Positions 27,527 to 37,998 of a DNA stretch of 64,000 nucleotides are shown piece by piece. This stretch comes from Pseudomonadota bacterium (GTDB lineage: Archaea; Thermoplasmatota; SW-10-69-26; JACQPN01; JAJPHT01), in the NCBI GenBank assembly GCA_021325135.1, contig JAJPHT010000051.1:1-64000 (forward strand), written 5' to 3'. Position 1 is the stretch's first letter; each line of letters begins with the position of its first letter. A program made the translations under genes and the position numbers. The notes under the pieces were generated by a model. The model saw nothing but the letters and a program-made list of their open reading frames with translations, ran no database searches and was not told the origin of the DNA.

Positions 27527-28824
27527 ATGCGCCGCGGCCGCGCGAGCCTCGTCCTCCTCGCGGCGCTCCTCGCGGCGCCGCCGCTGGCGGGCGCGCAGCG
27601 CGACGCGCCGCTGGCCTACTTCACCCTGGACCAGGCGAAGGTCGGCACGGGGGAGAAGGTCCTCGCGGACGCCTCCGAGTCCATCGCGTCCTCCGGCGCC
27701 CGCATCGCGGAGTACGCGTGGCGCTGGGACGAGGGCGCGGCCTACGTCGCGGGCAACCTCACCGAGCCGCACGCGTACTCCCAGGGCGGGCTGCACGTCG
27801 TGGGCCTGCGCGTGACGGACAGCGCCGGGCGCGTCGCGTTCGTGAACCAGACGCTCCTCGTCATCGGCGCGCGCCCCGAGGCCAACTTCATCATCGCGCG
27901 GCAGGAGCCGCAGAACGGCGGGCTCCTCATCGTCGTGAACGCGACGTTCAGCCAGCCCAGCCGCGGCGCCACGCGCATCGTCTCCTACGAGTGGGACTGG
28001 GGCGAGCCCGGAGGACCCGGCTTCGTCCCGGGCAACGTGACCGAGACGCACGTCTTCGCCGTCGCCTCCGCCTACGACGTGCGGCTGCGCGTGACCGACG
28101 ACCAGGGGCGCAACGACACGTTCCTGGAGCCCGTCGTCGTGAAGTCGACGTTCCTCACGCGCCTCCTGGAGGTGTGGGGCATCCGCGACGCGTTCCTGCG
28201 CGGCGCAACCTTCACGGTGGAATTGGCCGTCGTGACGACGATCCTGGGCTTCGTGCTCGCCGTCGTGCTCGCCCTCATGCGCGTGAGCCGATGGCGCATC
28301 CTGCGCTGGCCTGCCGCCGCGTACATCGAGGTCATCCGCGGCACGCCGCTGCTCGTCCAGATCCTCATCGCGTGGCTCGTGCTCCCCTTCGTGGGCCTGA
28401 AGCTCCCCATCCTCATCGCCGGCGGGCTCGCGCTCACGGTGAACACCAGCGCGTACCAGGCGGAGGCGATGCGCGCCGGCATCCAGGCCATCCCCACGGG
28501 GCAGATGGAGGCCAGCATCAGCCTGGGCATGACGTACCTCCAGGCGATGCGCCACATCATCGTGCCCCAGGCGTTCCGCCTCGCCATCCCGCCCCTGGGC
28601 AACGAGTTCGTGACGCTCCTCAAGGACACCTCCCTCGTCTCGGTCATCGGCGTCGTGGAGCTGACGCAGGTCGCGCGCATCTTCTCCGCGCAGACGTTCA
28701 TCGTGCTGGAGGCGTTCCTGGGCGTCGCGCTGATCTACTTCGTCATGACGTACTCCATCACCACCGCGCTTCGCTATCTTGAGCGCCGCCTCGCGATCCC
28801 GGGGCTCGGGCTGGGGGCCGCGCC

Positions 28825-28828
<4 letters not shown>
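27527..28828 (+). CDS. Amino acid ABC permease with two N-terminal PKD domains
   Basis: Signal peptide; two PKD repeats (YAWRWD..H.Y..V.LRVTD; YEWDWG..H.F..VRLRVTD); RGTPLLVQ and [17 protein letters not shown]. Confidence 0.9.
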
Positions 28829-29559
<731 letters not shown>

Positions 29560-29605
29560 GGATGACGCGGGAAGGTTCATGGGAAGGAGGGGTCTCGCAC
29601 CCCTG

Positions 29606-30073
29606 ATGAGCCGCCCCTTGCGCGTCGGCGAGGAAGCGCCCCCGTTCCGCGCGCCCGACGCCACGGGCCGCACGTGGACGCTGGACGACCTGCGGGGCCG
29701 CGCGTTCGTCCTCTACTTCTACCCCAAGGACGAGACGCCGGGCTGCATCGTGGAGGCGTGCGCGTACCGCGACGCGTGGGAGGATTTCCAGGACGCGCGC
29801 GTGCTCGTCATCGGCGTCTCGCGCGACGACCTGGAGAGCCACCGCCGCTTCGTGGAGCACCGCAAGCTCCCCTTTGCGCTCCTCTCCGACGGCAGCGGCC
29901 GCATGCACGACGACTACGGCGCCACCATGCTCGGCGGCCTCCCCCGCCGCGTGAGCTACCTCGTGGGCCCCGACGGGCGCGTGGCGGCCGCGTTCGACTC
30001 GCACCTGAGGCCCGAGGCGCACGCCATGAAGATGCTGGCCGCGGCGCGCGAGCTTGGGTACGCGCGGGCGTGA
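29606..30073 (+). CDS. bcp: Peroxiredoxin (BCP/PrxQ)
   Basis: FYPKDETPGCIVEAC (PxxxTxxC). Confidence 0.9.
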   Translation: MSRPLRVGEEAPPFRAPDATGRTWTLDDLRGRAFVLYFYPKDETPGCIVEACAYRDAWEDFQDARVLVIGVSRDDLESHRRFVEHRKLPFALLSDGSGRMHDDYGATMLGGLPRRVSYLVGPDGRVAAAFDSHLRPEAHAMKMLAAARELGYARA

Positions 30074-30082
30074 CGGCTCCCA

Positions 30083-30179
30083 CCGCCTCCGGCGGGGAAA
30101 CCCGCGAATCTCCGAATCTCAGAATCACCGTCGGAGATTCGGCGATTCGGAGATTCGTGGATCCCCCCGCCGGAGGCGG
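30083..30179. repeat. Intergenic palindrome, family A (GAATC/GATTC octamer core)
   Basis: 15-bp outer IR. The 48-nt core 30103-30150 matches 60828-60875 in inverted orientation at 45/48. Confidence 0.85.
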
Positions 30180-30180
30180 C

Positions 30181-32391
30181 TCAAGAGAAGTCGAACAGCT
30201 TGACCTGCTTGGTCGGGCGCCAATCGATGTCAAGGCGATCGAGCACCGTCTCGATGAGCCCCTTGTAGTATTCCTTGTCGAGGCGCTTGAAGGCCTCCTC
30301 GGTGGGGGGCTCGTAGCCCTGGCTCGTCTTGACGTACTCCAATTGCTCGCCCTTCTTGATCTCGCGGCCGTACTTCTCCTGGTACTTGCGCGCGACCTGG
30401 GCGCCCACGGCGTTCTCGGCCGCATAGTCCGAGAGCGACTTCCCCAGGCGCACGCGCATGACGAAGTCCTCGTTGGGATACTGCGCGAGGTCGAACGCGG
30501 CGCGGCCCACGGTCTTGGGGTCGGCGCGGCGCGTGAGGAGCGCGTCGGAGACGGCGGCCAGCGTCTTGTCGAACACGCCGCACTGCGAGGAGGCCTTGAA
30601 CGCGACGCCGTGCTTCTCGATGCGGCCGTCGTGGTGGAGAAGAAGGTACGACTTCCGCTCGTGGAAGTAGCCCGCCTTGTACGCGTCCATCTCCAGGCGC
30701 ATGAAGTTCTCGCCGCCCAGCTCGTGGGAGACGAACCCTTCGACGACGCGGTTGATGCCCTCGACGTCGATGGGCTTCGCGGTGTAGATGCCGTCGGTGT
30801 CCGTCTCGACCTTGCCGTCCCCGATGAACTCCTCGCACACGCGGATGAGCCGGCGCGCGACGCCCACGATGGCGACGGCCACTGGGAGCGAGCCGTAGCG
30901 GGAGAAGCCGCTGGCCATGTTGCCGTAGATGGAGTTGAGGACGACCTTGATGACGTTCTGCTGGGCGACGAGGCGGTCGCGCTCGTCGGGGTCCGTCGTC
31001 TCCTTGGCCTTCTTCTTCAGCTCCAGGCGCAGCTTCAGGAGGCGCCGCATCTCCAGCGCCATGGGGCTGACGCCATCGACCTCCACGAGGAGGTTCACGC
31101 CGCGGCTCTCGTCGGGGATGCTGTAGATGCGCTTCGCGCCGTCGCGCCGGCTGCTGAGCGACTTGGTCAACTCCTCGGTGCCGATGAAGCGCGTGTTGTC
31201 CGCGCCGCAGCCCAGGGAGACCATGATGCTGGGGTACATCGACGAGAAGTCGACCTTCCAGAGCGGCTCGAAGAGGCCGCGCTGGTAGATCTCCACGATG
31301 CCACCCACGAAGGCGACGCCGCCGGTCTGGCCGAAGAGGTCCTTGTAGCGCTCCTCGTTGGTGCCGTCGCTCACGATGCGCGGGCTCGCGTTCTTGAAGA
31401 CGCGCCCCTGGAGGATGTTGGTGTGGAAGATGCTCGTGCTGCGGAGGACCACGTTGAGGGGCGCGCCGTAGAACTCCGCCAGCGCGATGAAGTTCCTCCA
31501 GTAGATGCGCGCCAGGTTGCGCGTGAGCCGCACGTCGTTCTTGTTGTAGTCCGCGAGGCGCTGCGTGCCCACGAGGCTGCGCGTGTCCGTCATGTCCTCC
31601 TTGACGACGGGGAACTTCATCCAGGCCGCGACGGTCTTCAGCTTGAGGTCCTTGATGCCGTGGAGCGTCTGGTCCAGCTTGACGCTGGTGAAGACGTCGT
31701 ACACCAGGCGGCCGTCGAGGACGATCTCGTCCTCCTCCTCGTCGGGCGTGCGGTTGCCGCGCCCCAGGCGGCTCGCCTGCATGCCGTTCTGCTTGAGGCG
31801 CTTGATGATCATGGGCAGGTCGTAGCCCGTGACGTTGTAGCCCACCAGCACGTCGGGGTCGTGCTTCTTGATGGCCGCGAGGAACGCCTCCAGGATGGGG
31901 ACGTCCGACTTGCCGTCGCCCAGCGCGACCTCCGGCTCCAGGTCGTCCACGGTCCAGCCGATGGCGATGAGCGGGTCCTTCTCCGTGGGGAAGCCGCTCC
32001 CGGAGGTCAATTGCTCGATGTCGATGAACATGAGGCGCGGCTCGCGGCCCAGGGGGAAGCGGCGGAAGAAGTCGGGCTCGTCCATGAGGACGCGCTCGAC
32101 GTAGGGGTTGTGGTTGTCCGCCATCTCCAGCGGCTTCTCCTCGCGGTTCATGTCGGCGACGCCGCGCACCGTGGGGAAGTCGTACTGGTACCACGTCTCG
32201 GGCTTCAGCGACGAGACGGGCTTGAGCGTCACCTCGCGGACGTTCGCGGCATTGGGCACGTCGCGGCGGCGCTTCGAGAAGCAGTAGGGAAGGAAGGGCG
32301 CAGGCACGCGCTCCAGCCCGTTGGCCGCCCAGACGTCGACCTGCTGGCGGTCGTTGACGATGCTGCGGTAGGCCGCGAGCGGGACTTGCAC
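30181..32391 (-). CDS. polB: Family B DNA polymerase with 3'-5' exonuclease
   Basis: DIE, GYN..YDLP, YN..DV; DFSSMYPS, KVVLNSIYG, TDTDG; C-terminal PIP box QVKLFDF. Confidence 0.95.
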   Translation of the reverse strand: MQVPLAAYRSIVNDRQQVDVWAANGLERVPAPFLPYCFSKRRRDVPNAANVREVTLKPVSSLKPETWYQYDFPTVRGVADMNREEKPLEMADNHNPYVERVLMDEPDFFRRFPLGREPRLMFIDIEQLTSGSGFPTEKDPLIAIGWTVDDLEPEVALGDGKSDVPILEAFLAAIKKHDPDVLVGYNVTGYDLPMIIKRLKQNGMQASRLGRGNRTPDEEEDEIVLDGRLVYDVFTSVKLDQTLHGIKDLKLKTVAAWMKFPVVKEDMTDTRSLVGTQRLADYNKNDVRLTRNLARIYWRNFIALAEFYGAPLNVVLRSTSIFHTNILQGRVFKNASPRIVSDGTNEERYKDLFGQTGGVAFVGGIVEIYQRGLFEPLWKVDFSSMYPSIMVSLGCGADNTRFIGTEELTKSLSSRRDGAKRIYSIPDESRGVNLLVEVDGVSPMALEMRRLLKLRLELKKKAKETTDPDERDRLVAQQNVIKVVLNSIYGNMASGFSRYGSLPVAVAIVGVARRLIRVCEEFIGDGKVETDTDGIYTAKPIDVEGINRVVEGFVSHELGGENFMRLEMDAYKAGYFHERKSYLLLHHDGRIEKHGVAFKASSQCGVFDKTLAAVSDALLTRRADPKTVGRAAFDLAQYPNEDFVMRVRLGKSLSDYAAENAVGAQVARKYQEKYGREIKKGEQLEYVKTSQGYEPPTEEAFKRLDKEYYKGLIETVLDRLDIDWRPTKQVKLFDFS

Positions 32392-32428
32392 GGATCGCCC
32401 AGCGTGGGCTTCGCCCTAAAGCGTTCCG

Positions 32429-32584
32429 TCAGATGGTGTTGCCGCGGATGGTGGCCGTCAGCCGGCTCACGCCGCAGATGGGGCAGGAGACGCGGGCGCC
32501 ACCGGACACGCGGTCCCAGGTCACGGGAAGCTCGCGGGGGCCGCCCTGGCGGCAGGCGTGGTGGTAGTGGACCGCGTGGGTCAT
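32429..32584 (-). CDS. CPxCG Zn-ribbon microprotein
   Basis: MTHAVHYHHAC...SCPICG, 51 aa. Confidence 0.6.
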   Translation of the reverse strand: MTHAVHYHHACRQGGPRELPVTWDRVSGGARVSCPICGVSRLTATIRGNTI

Positions 32585-32681
32585 GCAACCTGGCCTCGGC
32601 GCGTCGGCGGATATGAAGCTTCGGAAAGCGGCGTTGGGGACCCCCGCAATCCCCAAGGGGGCATGCGCGGGTGAAACCCTC

Positions 32682-32885
32682 ATGCCCGCGAAGACGCCCG
32701 CCCCGCCCACGCCCCCCGACCTCGCCGCGGCGCTGGCGGAGCGCCCCGAGGCCCGGGAGCGCTGGGAGCGCCTGCCCCCGTCGCACCGGCGCGAGCACCT
32801 GCGCTACGTGGACGAGGCGAAGCGGCCCGAGACGCGGGCGCGCCGCATCGCGAAGACCGTCGAGGACCTCGCGGCCAAAGCTTGA
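32682..32885 (+). CDS. YdeI/OmpD-associated family protein
   Basis: PPDLAAAL...LPPSHRRE...EAKRPETRARRI signature. Confidence 0.85.
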   Translation: MPAKTPAPPTPPDLAAALAERPEARERWERLPPSHRREHLRYVDEAKRPETRARRIAKTVEDLAAKA

Positions 32886-32921
32886 AGAACGGAACCCCCG
32901 CTTGCCCGCCGGGACACCCCC

Positions 32922-33320
32922 ATGGCCGGCGCGACGAAGATCCCCGACAACCTCCGCTACACCGAGGACCACGAGTGGGTCGAGGTCCACGGGAGCCGCG
33001 TCAAGGTGGGCATCACGGACTACGCGCAGGAGGCGCTCACGGACGTCGTGTACGTGGAGCTTCCCGACGTGGGCGAGGAGTTCGGCCACCACGACTCCAT
33101 GGGCGTCGTCGAGTCGGTGAAGTCGGTGAACGACATCTTCGCGCCCCTGGCCGGCAAGGTCGTCGAGGTCAACGGCGCGCTGGACGACGAGCCCGAGCTC
33201 ATGAACCAGGACCCCTACGGCAAGGGCTGGTTCTGCGTCATCGAGGTGGCGGACAAAGCGGGCCTCGCGAGCCTCATGGACGCGGCGGCGTACCGCAAGT
33301 TCCTGGAGACCGCGCACTAG
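32922..33320 (+). CDS. gcvH: Glycine cleavage system H protein
   Basis: HEW, GITDYAQ, VESVK (lipoyl Lys), NQDPYGKGW. Confidence 0.95.
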   Translation: MAGATKIPDNLRYTEDHEWVEVHGSRVKVGITDYAQEALTDVVYVELPDVGEEFGHHDSMGVVESVKSVNDIFAPLAGKVVEVNGALDDEPELMNQDPYGKGWFCVIEVADKAGLASLMDAAAYRKFLETAH

Positions 33321-34015
33321 GGCCTCAGGTCCTCGCGCCGGAAGAGGCGCCGCGGGGCTTCGCTCTTCGGCCGCTCGGCCACCTTGTCCTGGCCGTGCTT
33401 GCGGCCGTATGCCGTCGCGAAGGCGACGGAGACCGCGCCCACGAGCCCACCCGCGGCGTCCATGAGGAGGTCGAGCATCGTGTCGGTGTTGCCGTTCTGC
33501 TCCTGCGTGTGGAAGAACGTGTCCATGCCGAACTCCAGGATCTCCCAGAGGGCGCCCAGGGCGAGCACCATGGAGAAGCAGTAGATGGCGACCTCCACGG
33601 GCGTCACGCGGCGCCACTGCCAGATCCAGTCCACGGACTGCGAGAGCGCGAAGAGCACGAACGCGAGGGCGAGGGGCTCCGCGAAGTGCAGCGCCTTGTC
33701 GTACCACGCGAACTGCGCGTAGAAGCCCAGCGCGTGCCCCATGACGTGGAGCAGGAAGAGCGCCAGCACGGTCGCCTCGGCGGCCTTCAGCGTGCGGGGG
33801 CGCCGCGTCGGGACGAAGGCGAAGCCCAGGCTGCACGCGAGGCCCAGGAGCGCGGAGACGACCAGCAGCGGGCGCGTCGTGTAGCGCGGCGTCACCACGA
33901 GGCTGTAGGCGGCGAGGCAGGCGAGGAGCCCCCTCAGGAGCCACACGACGATGGCCTCGGGGAAGCCCGCCTCGGGCGTCAGCGCCGCGCGCCAAGGGCT
34001 TGGTCGCCAATCCAT
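33317..34015 (-). CDS. DUF2238-like membrane protein
   Basis: WYDKALH ... GALWEILEF ... DTMLDL motifs. Confidence 0.75.
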   Translation of the reverse strand: MDWRPSPWRAALTPEAGFPEAIVVWLLRGLLACLAAYSLVVTPRYTTRPLLVVSALLGLACSLGFAFVPTRRPRTLKAAEATVLALFLLHVMGHALGFYAQFAWYDKALHFAEPLALAFVLFALSQSVDWIWQWRRVTPVEVAIYCFSMVLALGALWEILEFGMDTFFHTQEQNGNTDTMLDLLMDAAGGLVGAVSVAFATAYGRKHGQDKVAERPKSEAPRRLFRREDLRP

Positions 34016-34119
34016 AGGCCCAGGCTGGCTGCGCACGGCTTTGGCCTTCCCGCGGGCTCGTCGATCCTTCCAGCCCTGATCCACGAGCCTCAAGGCGCCT
34101 CCGCCCCTCGGTTCGAGCC

Positions 34120-34986
34120 ATGTCCGCCAGCCTGGAAGCGATGCGCGCCGAGCTGCGTCGCGCCTGGCCCTATGCCCTCGTCCTCGCCCTCGGGCTGGGG
34201 ACGGTCGTCGTGGTCGGCGCCAACCTCAGCAACGCGTTCCCCTCCCAGTCGCGCCCCTTCGGGTGGCCCGGCCCCGCGAGCCTGGAGAACGGCGTCGCCA
34301 TGGTGCGGACCGAGATCGTCCTGGCCTGCACGCTGCCGGCGCTCCTCCTGGGCGCCACCGCGCTGCGCGGCCGCGACCCGCGGGAGGACCCGGCGCGGAC
34401 GCTGCTGCCCGCCCTCGCGACGGACGCGGCGCTCCTCGTCGTCGCGGCCTTCCTGGCGGCCCTCATCGCCTTCGTGGGCGCGGCGCGCAGCCCGCCGGCC
34501 GCCCTCCTGGCCTTCGGGAGCGCGGAGTCGCTGCTGGCCCTCGCGTTCTTCTCCATGGGCTACCTCGCGGCCGCGGTCGCGTCGCGCCACGCCGTCGCCG
34601 CCGCGTTCGGCGTCTGGGCGTTCTTCACGCTGGTCTACGAGAACTGGACCCGCGTGATCCTCTTCCGCCAGGTGGGCTACGACCCGCTGGCGTCGGGGGA
34701 TTTCCCTACGTGGTTCTGGGTGTCGCAGGGGCTCTCGCCGCTCACGGCGTACCGCGGCGTGCTGATCCTCTGGCGGCCGGGCTTCATGGACTACCTGGAG
34801 AAGGCTGCGCTCTCCGGCGCCGCGCTCCCCGCATGGATGACGCCCGCCACGTTCGCGGGCATCCTCCTGGTCATGTGGGTGCTGGCGCCCGTCGCGCTCG
34901 CGCTGGGCGCGTGGTGGGTCCGCGGCCGCATCGCCCGCGCCGGGTCGCCATCAGGCTTATGGCAGAAGGCCGGGATCGCCCGTTGA
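34120..34986 (+). CDS. ABC-2/NosY-type permease
   Basis: Six TM helices with an LSPxxAY motif. Confidence 0.65.
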   Translation: MSASLEAMRAELRRAWPYALVLALGLGTVVVVGANLSNAFPSQSRPFGWPGPASLENGVAMVRTEIVLACTLPALLLGATALRGRDPREDPARTLLPALATDAALLVVAAFLAALIAFVGAARSPPAALLAFGSAESLLALAFFSMGYLAAAVASRHAVAAAFGVWAFFTLVYENWTRVILFRQVGYDPLASGDFPTWFWVSQGLSPLTAYRGVLILWRPGFMDYLEKAALSGAALPAWMTPATFAGILLVMWVLAPVALALGAWWVRGRIARAGSPSGLWQKAGIAR

Positions 34987-34991
34987 TCCCC

Positions 34992-35480
34992 ATGCTCAAC
35001 GTCGGCGACACGGTGCCTGACTTCGAACTCCCCCTGGCCTTCGCGGACGGCAAGAAGGAGAAGGTCCAGTTCAAGACCCTCCTGGGAAAGGGCCCCGTCG
35101 TCATCGCGTTCTACCCCCTGGCGTTCACCGGCGTCTGCACGACGGAGAACTGCCAGCTTCGCGACGCGCAGGCGCACCTCGACCACCTCCAGGCGACCGT
35201 CGTCGGCTTCAGCGCGGACACGCCCCACTCCAACGCGGCCTTCGCCCACGCGAACCGCATGTGGCACGGCCTCTACAGCGACGCGAACCACGAGGTCCTC
35301 GACAAGATCTGGCAGACCATGACCGTGGGCGGCGTCGCGCGCCGCGCCAAGCGCGGCTGGATGGTCGTCGACCCCCACGGCAAGGTCGCCGCCAAGTGGG
35401 TCAGCGAAGACCCCGCCGTCTGGTCGGGCCTGGAGCCCATCCAGAAGGCGCTGGAGCCCTTCCACACCCACAAGCACTGA
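34992..35480 (+). CDS. Peroxiredoxin/redoxin (AhpC/TSA family)
   Basis: FYPLAFTGVCTTENC. Confidence 0.85.
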   Translation: MLNVGDTVPDFELPLAFADGKKEKVQFKTLLGKGPVVIAFYPLAFTGVCTTENCQLRDAQAHLDHLQATVVGFSADTPHSNAAFAHANRMWHGLYSDANHEVLDKIWQTMTVGGVARRAKRGWMVVDPHGKVAAKWVSEDPAVWSGLEPIQKALEPFHTHKH

Positions 35481-35484
35481 TCCT

Positions 35485-35591
35485 TGGTCAAGGGTCCAAA
35501 GAACGCGACGAGCGCAAAGAGCGCAAAGGACGCGACGAAAGAAAACTTGGCGACCTTGGCGCTCTTTGCGCTCGTCGCGTTCTTTGGACCC
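35485..35591. repeat. Family B palindrome: gene-less (MITE-like) copy of the GxxExxY element arms
   Basis: Arms 35485-35537 and 35550-35591 closely match the TIRs at 59230-59286 and 59755-59811; they are joined by a 12-nt loop. Confidence 0.85.
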
Positions 35592-35635
35592 GAACACCGA
35601 AAGAGGAAAATCCCTCTGCGTGGCTTGTTGAAGAG

Positions 35636-36121
35636 ATGATCCACGTCGGCCAGAAGGTCCAGGACTTCGAGCTCCCCGTCGGCCGCGCCGACCTGCACCG
35701 CGAGAAGGTCCGCCTCTCCTCGCTCCTCGCCAAGGGCCCCGTCGTCATCAGCTTCTTCCCGCTGGCGTTCACGCGCGTCTGCACGACGCAGATGTGCGAC
35801 GCCCGCGACCACCTGGGCGCCATCGCGGGCCTGGGCGCGCAAGTCGTGGGCTTCTCCTGCGACTCGGCCTACGCCAACGCGGCCTTCGCCAAGGAGCAGG
35901 GGCTCCCCTTCCCCATCCTCAGCGACGCGAACCGCGAGGTCGTGGACGCCCTCTGGGAGACGCAGGACGTGGCCGGCGTCGCGCGCGTGCCCAAGCGCGG
36001 CTGGATGCTCGTCGCGCCCGACGGCACCGTCGCCGAGCGCTGGGTCGCCGAGGTCCCCGGCGCCGCGTGGCCCGGGAACGGGCCCATCGAGGCGGCGCTC
36101 TCGAAGCTCGCCAGCGGGTGA
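35636..36121 (+). CDS. Peroxiredoxin/redoxin paralog
   Basis: FFPLAFTRVCTTQMC; tandem paralog of 34992..35480. Confidence 0.85.
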   Translation: MIHVGQKVQDFELPVGRADLHREKVRLSSLLAKGPVVISFFPLAFTRVCTTQMCDARDHLGAIAGLGAQVVGFSCDSAYANAAFAKEQGLPFPILSDANREVVDALWETQDVAGVARVPKRGWMLVAPDGTVAERWVAEVPGAAWPGNGPIEAALSKLASG

Positions 36122-37317
36122 GCCGAGTGGTGGACTTCGCCCTCCCCGACGAGGTCCGCATGATCCGCGAGGGCGTCGCGGCCTTCGTGGAGAAGGAGGT
36201 CGTCCCCGAGGAGCGGCGCCTCGCGCGCTTCCTGGACGACGAGCGGCACGCCCTCGCGGAGGACGGCCGGCTGCGCCCCGAGGTCGTGGAGGCCGTGAAG
36301 CGCATCCGCCGCAGGAGCGCGCAGGCCGGCTGGTACGCCATGCACATGCCGGAGAGCGTGGGTGGCGCGGGCGTGAGCAAGGTCGCGACGTACCTCGCGT
36401 GGCGCGAGGTGATGAAGCGCGGCCCGGGCCTCAACATGGCGACGCTCTCCTTCGTCGAGGGCCCGACCCCGCTCTTCCTGAGGATGACGCCGCAGCAGCA
36501 GGAGACGTGGCTTGCGCCCCTCGTGCGCGGCGAGCGGAGCAGCGCGTTCTGCCTCACCGAGCCTGGCGCGGGCAGCGACGTCGCGGCGCTGGAGACGACC
36601 GCGCGGCGCGAGGGGGACGAGTACGTGATCGACGGGACGAAGACGTTCGTCACCAACGGCCCCTACGCGGACTTCCTCCAGGTGTTCGCCAAGACCGACC
36701 CCGCGGCCGGGCTCGCGGGCCTCTCGTGCTTCATCGTCCCGGCCGACGCGCCCGGCGCGCGCAGGGGGCGCGTCCAGCAGAGCATCATGGACGACGGCGG
36801 CCAGTGCGAGTGGGTCTTCGAGGGGTGCCGCGTGCCGGCGGAGAACCGCGTGGGCGAGGAGGGGGACGGCTTCGCGCTGGCCATCGGCAACATCGGCGAC
36901 ACGCGCGTGACCATCGGCGGCCAGTGCGTGGGCCTCGCCGAGACGTGCCTCGCGCGCATGGTGGAGTACGCCAGCCAGCGCAAGGCGTTCGGCCGCGCGA
37001 TCGGCAAGCAGGGCCAGCTCCAGGCCATGGTCGCGGACACGGCGATCGACCTGTACGCCGCGGACAACATGGTGCTCAACACCTGCTGGCGCATCGACCA
37101 GGGCATGGACGTGGTGATGGAGAGCAGCGCCGTCAAGGTGTTCTGCACCGAGATGCTCTTCCGCGCCGCGGACCGCGCGATCCAGGTCCACGGCGGGACG
37201 GGCCTCATGAAGGAGGTTGGGCTGGAGCGCATCTTCCGGTTCGCGCGCCTCCTGCGCATTCCGGAAGGCACGAGCGAGATCCAGCGCTGGACGATCGCGA
37301 AGGCGCTGGGGCTCTAG
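36118..37317 (+). CDS. Acyl-CoA dehydrogenase
   Basis: FCLTEPGAGSD, GTKTFVTNG, IQVHGG, IPEGTSEIQR. Confidence 0.95.
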   Translation: MSRVVDFALPDEVRMIREGVAAFVEKEVVPEERRLARFLDDERHALAEDGRLRPEVVEAVKRIRRRSAQAGWYAMHMPESVGGAGVSKVATYLAWREVMKRGPGLNMATLSFVEGPTPLFLRMTPQQQETWLAPLVRGERSSAFCLTEPGAGSDVAALETTARREGDEYVIDGTKTFVTNGPYADFLQVFAKTDPAAGLAGLSCFIVPADAPGARRGRVQQSIMDDGGQCEWVFEGCRVPAENRVGEEGDGFALAIGNIGDTRVTIGGQCVGLAETCLARMVEYASQRKAFGRAIGKQGQLQAMVADTAIDLYAADNMVLNTCWRIDQGMDVVMESSAVKVFCTEMLFRAADRAIQVHGGTGLMKEVGLERIFRFARLLRIPEGTSEIQRWTIAKALGL

Positions 37318-37330
37318 GGACGGGAGAGGG

Positions 37331-37558
37331 TCACTCGTCGCGCCCGTCGAGGGTCGCGTCCACGCCCGCGTGCTTCAGCCTCTTGCGCTCCTTCGTCGTG
37401 AGCCGCGCGGCGAGGGGCAGGTCCTCCGGAGGCGGGGGCGGCGGCGCGGTGGGCTCGGCCACGTCGATGGGCGGGTAGGGCGTCTTGTAGCCCAGCGCGT
37501 CCTGCCGCGCGACGTAGGCCTGCTCCTTGAGCGTCTTGTGACGGCGGCCGTGCTTCAT
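37331..37558 (-). CDS. Small basic hypothetical protein
   Basis: 75-aa ORF coupled (ATGA) to the upstream gene. Confidence 0.6.
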   Translation of the reverse strand: MKHGRRHKTLKEQAYVARQDALGYKTPYPPIDVAEPTAPPPPPPEDLPLAARLTTKERKRLKHAGVDATLDGRDE

Positions 37559-37938
37559 GCGACCTTCACCGCCGCGCGCTTCGCCGCCTGCTTGACGAGC
37601 CTCGCGAGCTTCGCCTTGGAGACCGCGCCCACGGCGGCGACCTTGACGTGGCGCAGCCCCTTGCCCGTGCCCTCCAGGAGGCCGTCGGGGTCGCTCATCT
37701 GCGCGCCCTCCACGAAGCCGAGGTTGACGTGGCGGCTGTGCGCGGCGACGTAGCAGAAGACGACGCCCTCGCCGACGCAGAACTTGGGGCTGCCGTGGTG
37801 GATCGCCTCGGTGGATGCGGGGACGGCGCCGCGCACGAGGTCCACGAGCCAGCGCGTGGTCTCGCCCAGGGCGCCCGGCTGCTCCTGGACGTAGGCCTCC
37901 ACCTCGGGGTCGCGGGGCCGCGCGCGCTGGATCCTCAC
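37555..37938 (-). CDS. DUF1801 (YdhG-like) domain protein
   Basis: HVNLGF..GA...DPDGLLEGTGKGLRHVK. Confidence 0.85.
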   Translation of the reverse strand: MRIQRARPRDPEVEAYVQEQPGALGETTRWLVDLVRGAVPASTEAIHHGSPKFCVGEGVVFCYVAAHSRHVNLGFVEGAQMSDPDGLLEGTGKGLRHVKVAAVGAVSKAKLARLVKQAAKRAAVKVA

Positions 37939-37998
37939 GCCGTTGGATCGGCCCCGGCCTATGAAAGCTTCATGCTCCCCGCCCGGACTCGCGCCCCC

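Noticed and set aside
26504-28555. Upstream part of 752-aa minus-strand ORF
   Set aside because: Antisense to the ABC genes; only 26297-26503 is a credible gene.
29674-32616. 980-aa plus-strand ORF
   Set aside because: Antisense shadow of polB.
35485-35591. Possible CRISPR array or tRNA
   Set aside because: Inverted arms of short tandem units with no unique spacers, no cloverleaf and no cas genes.
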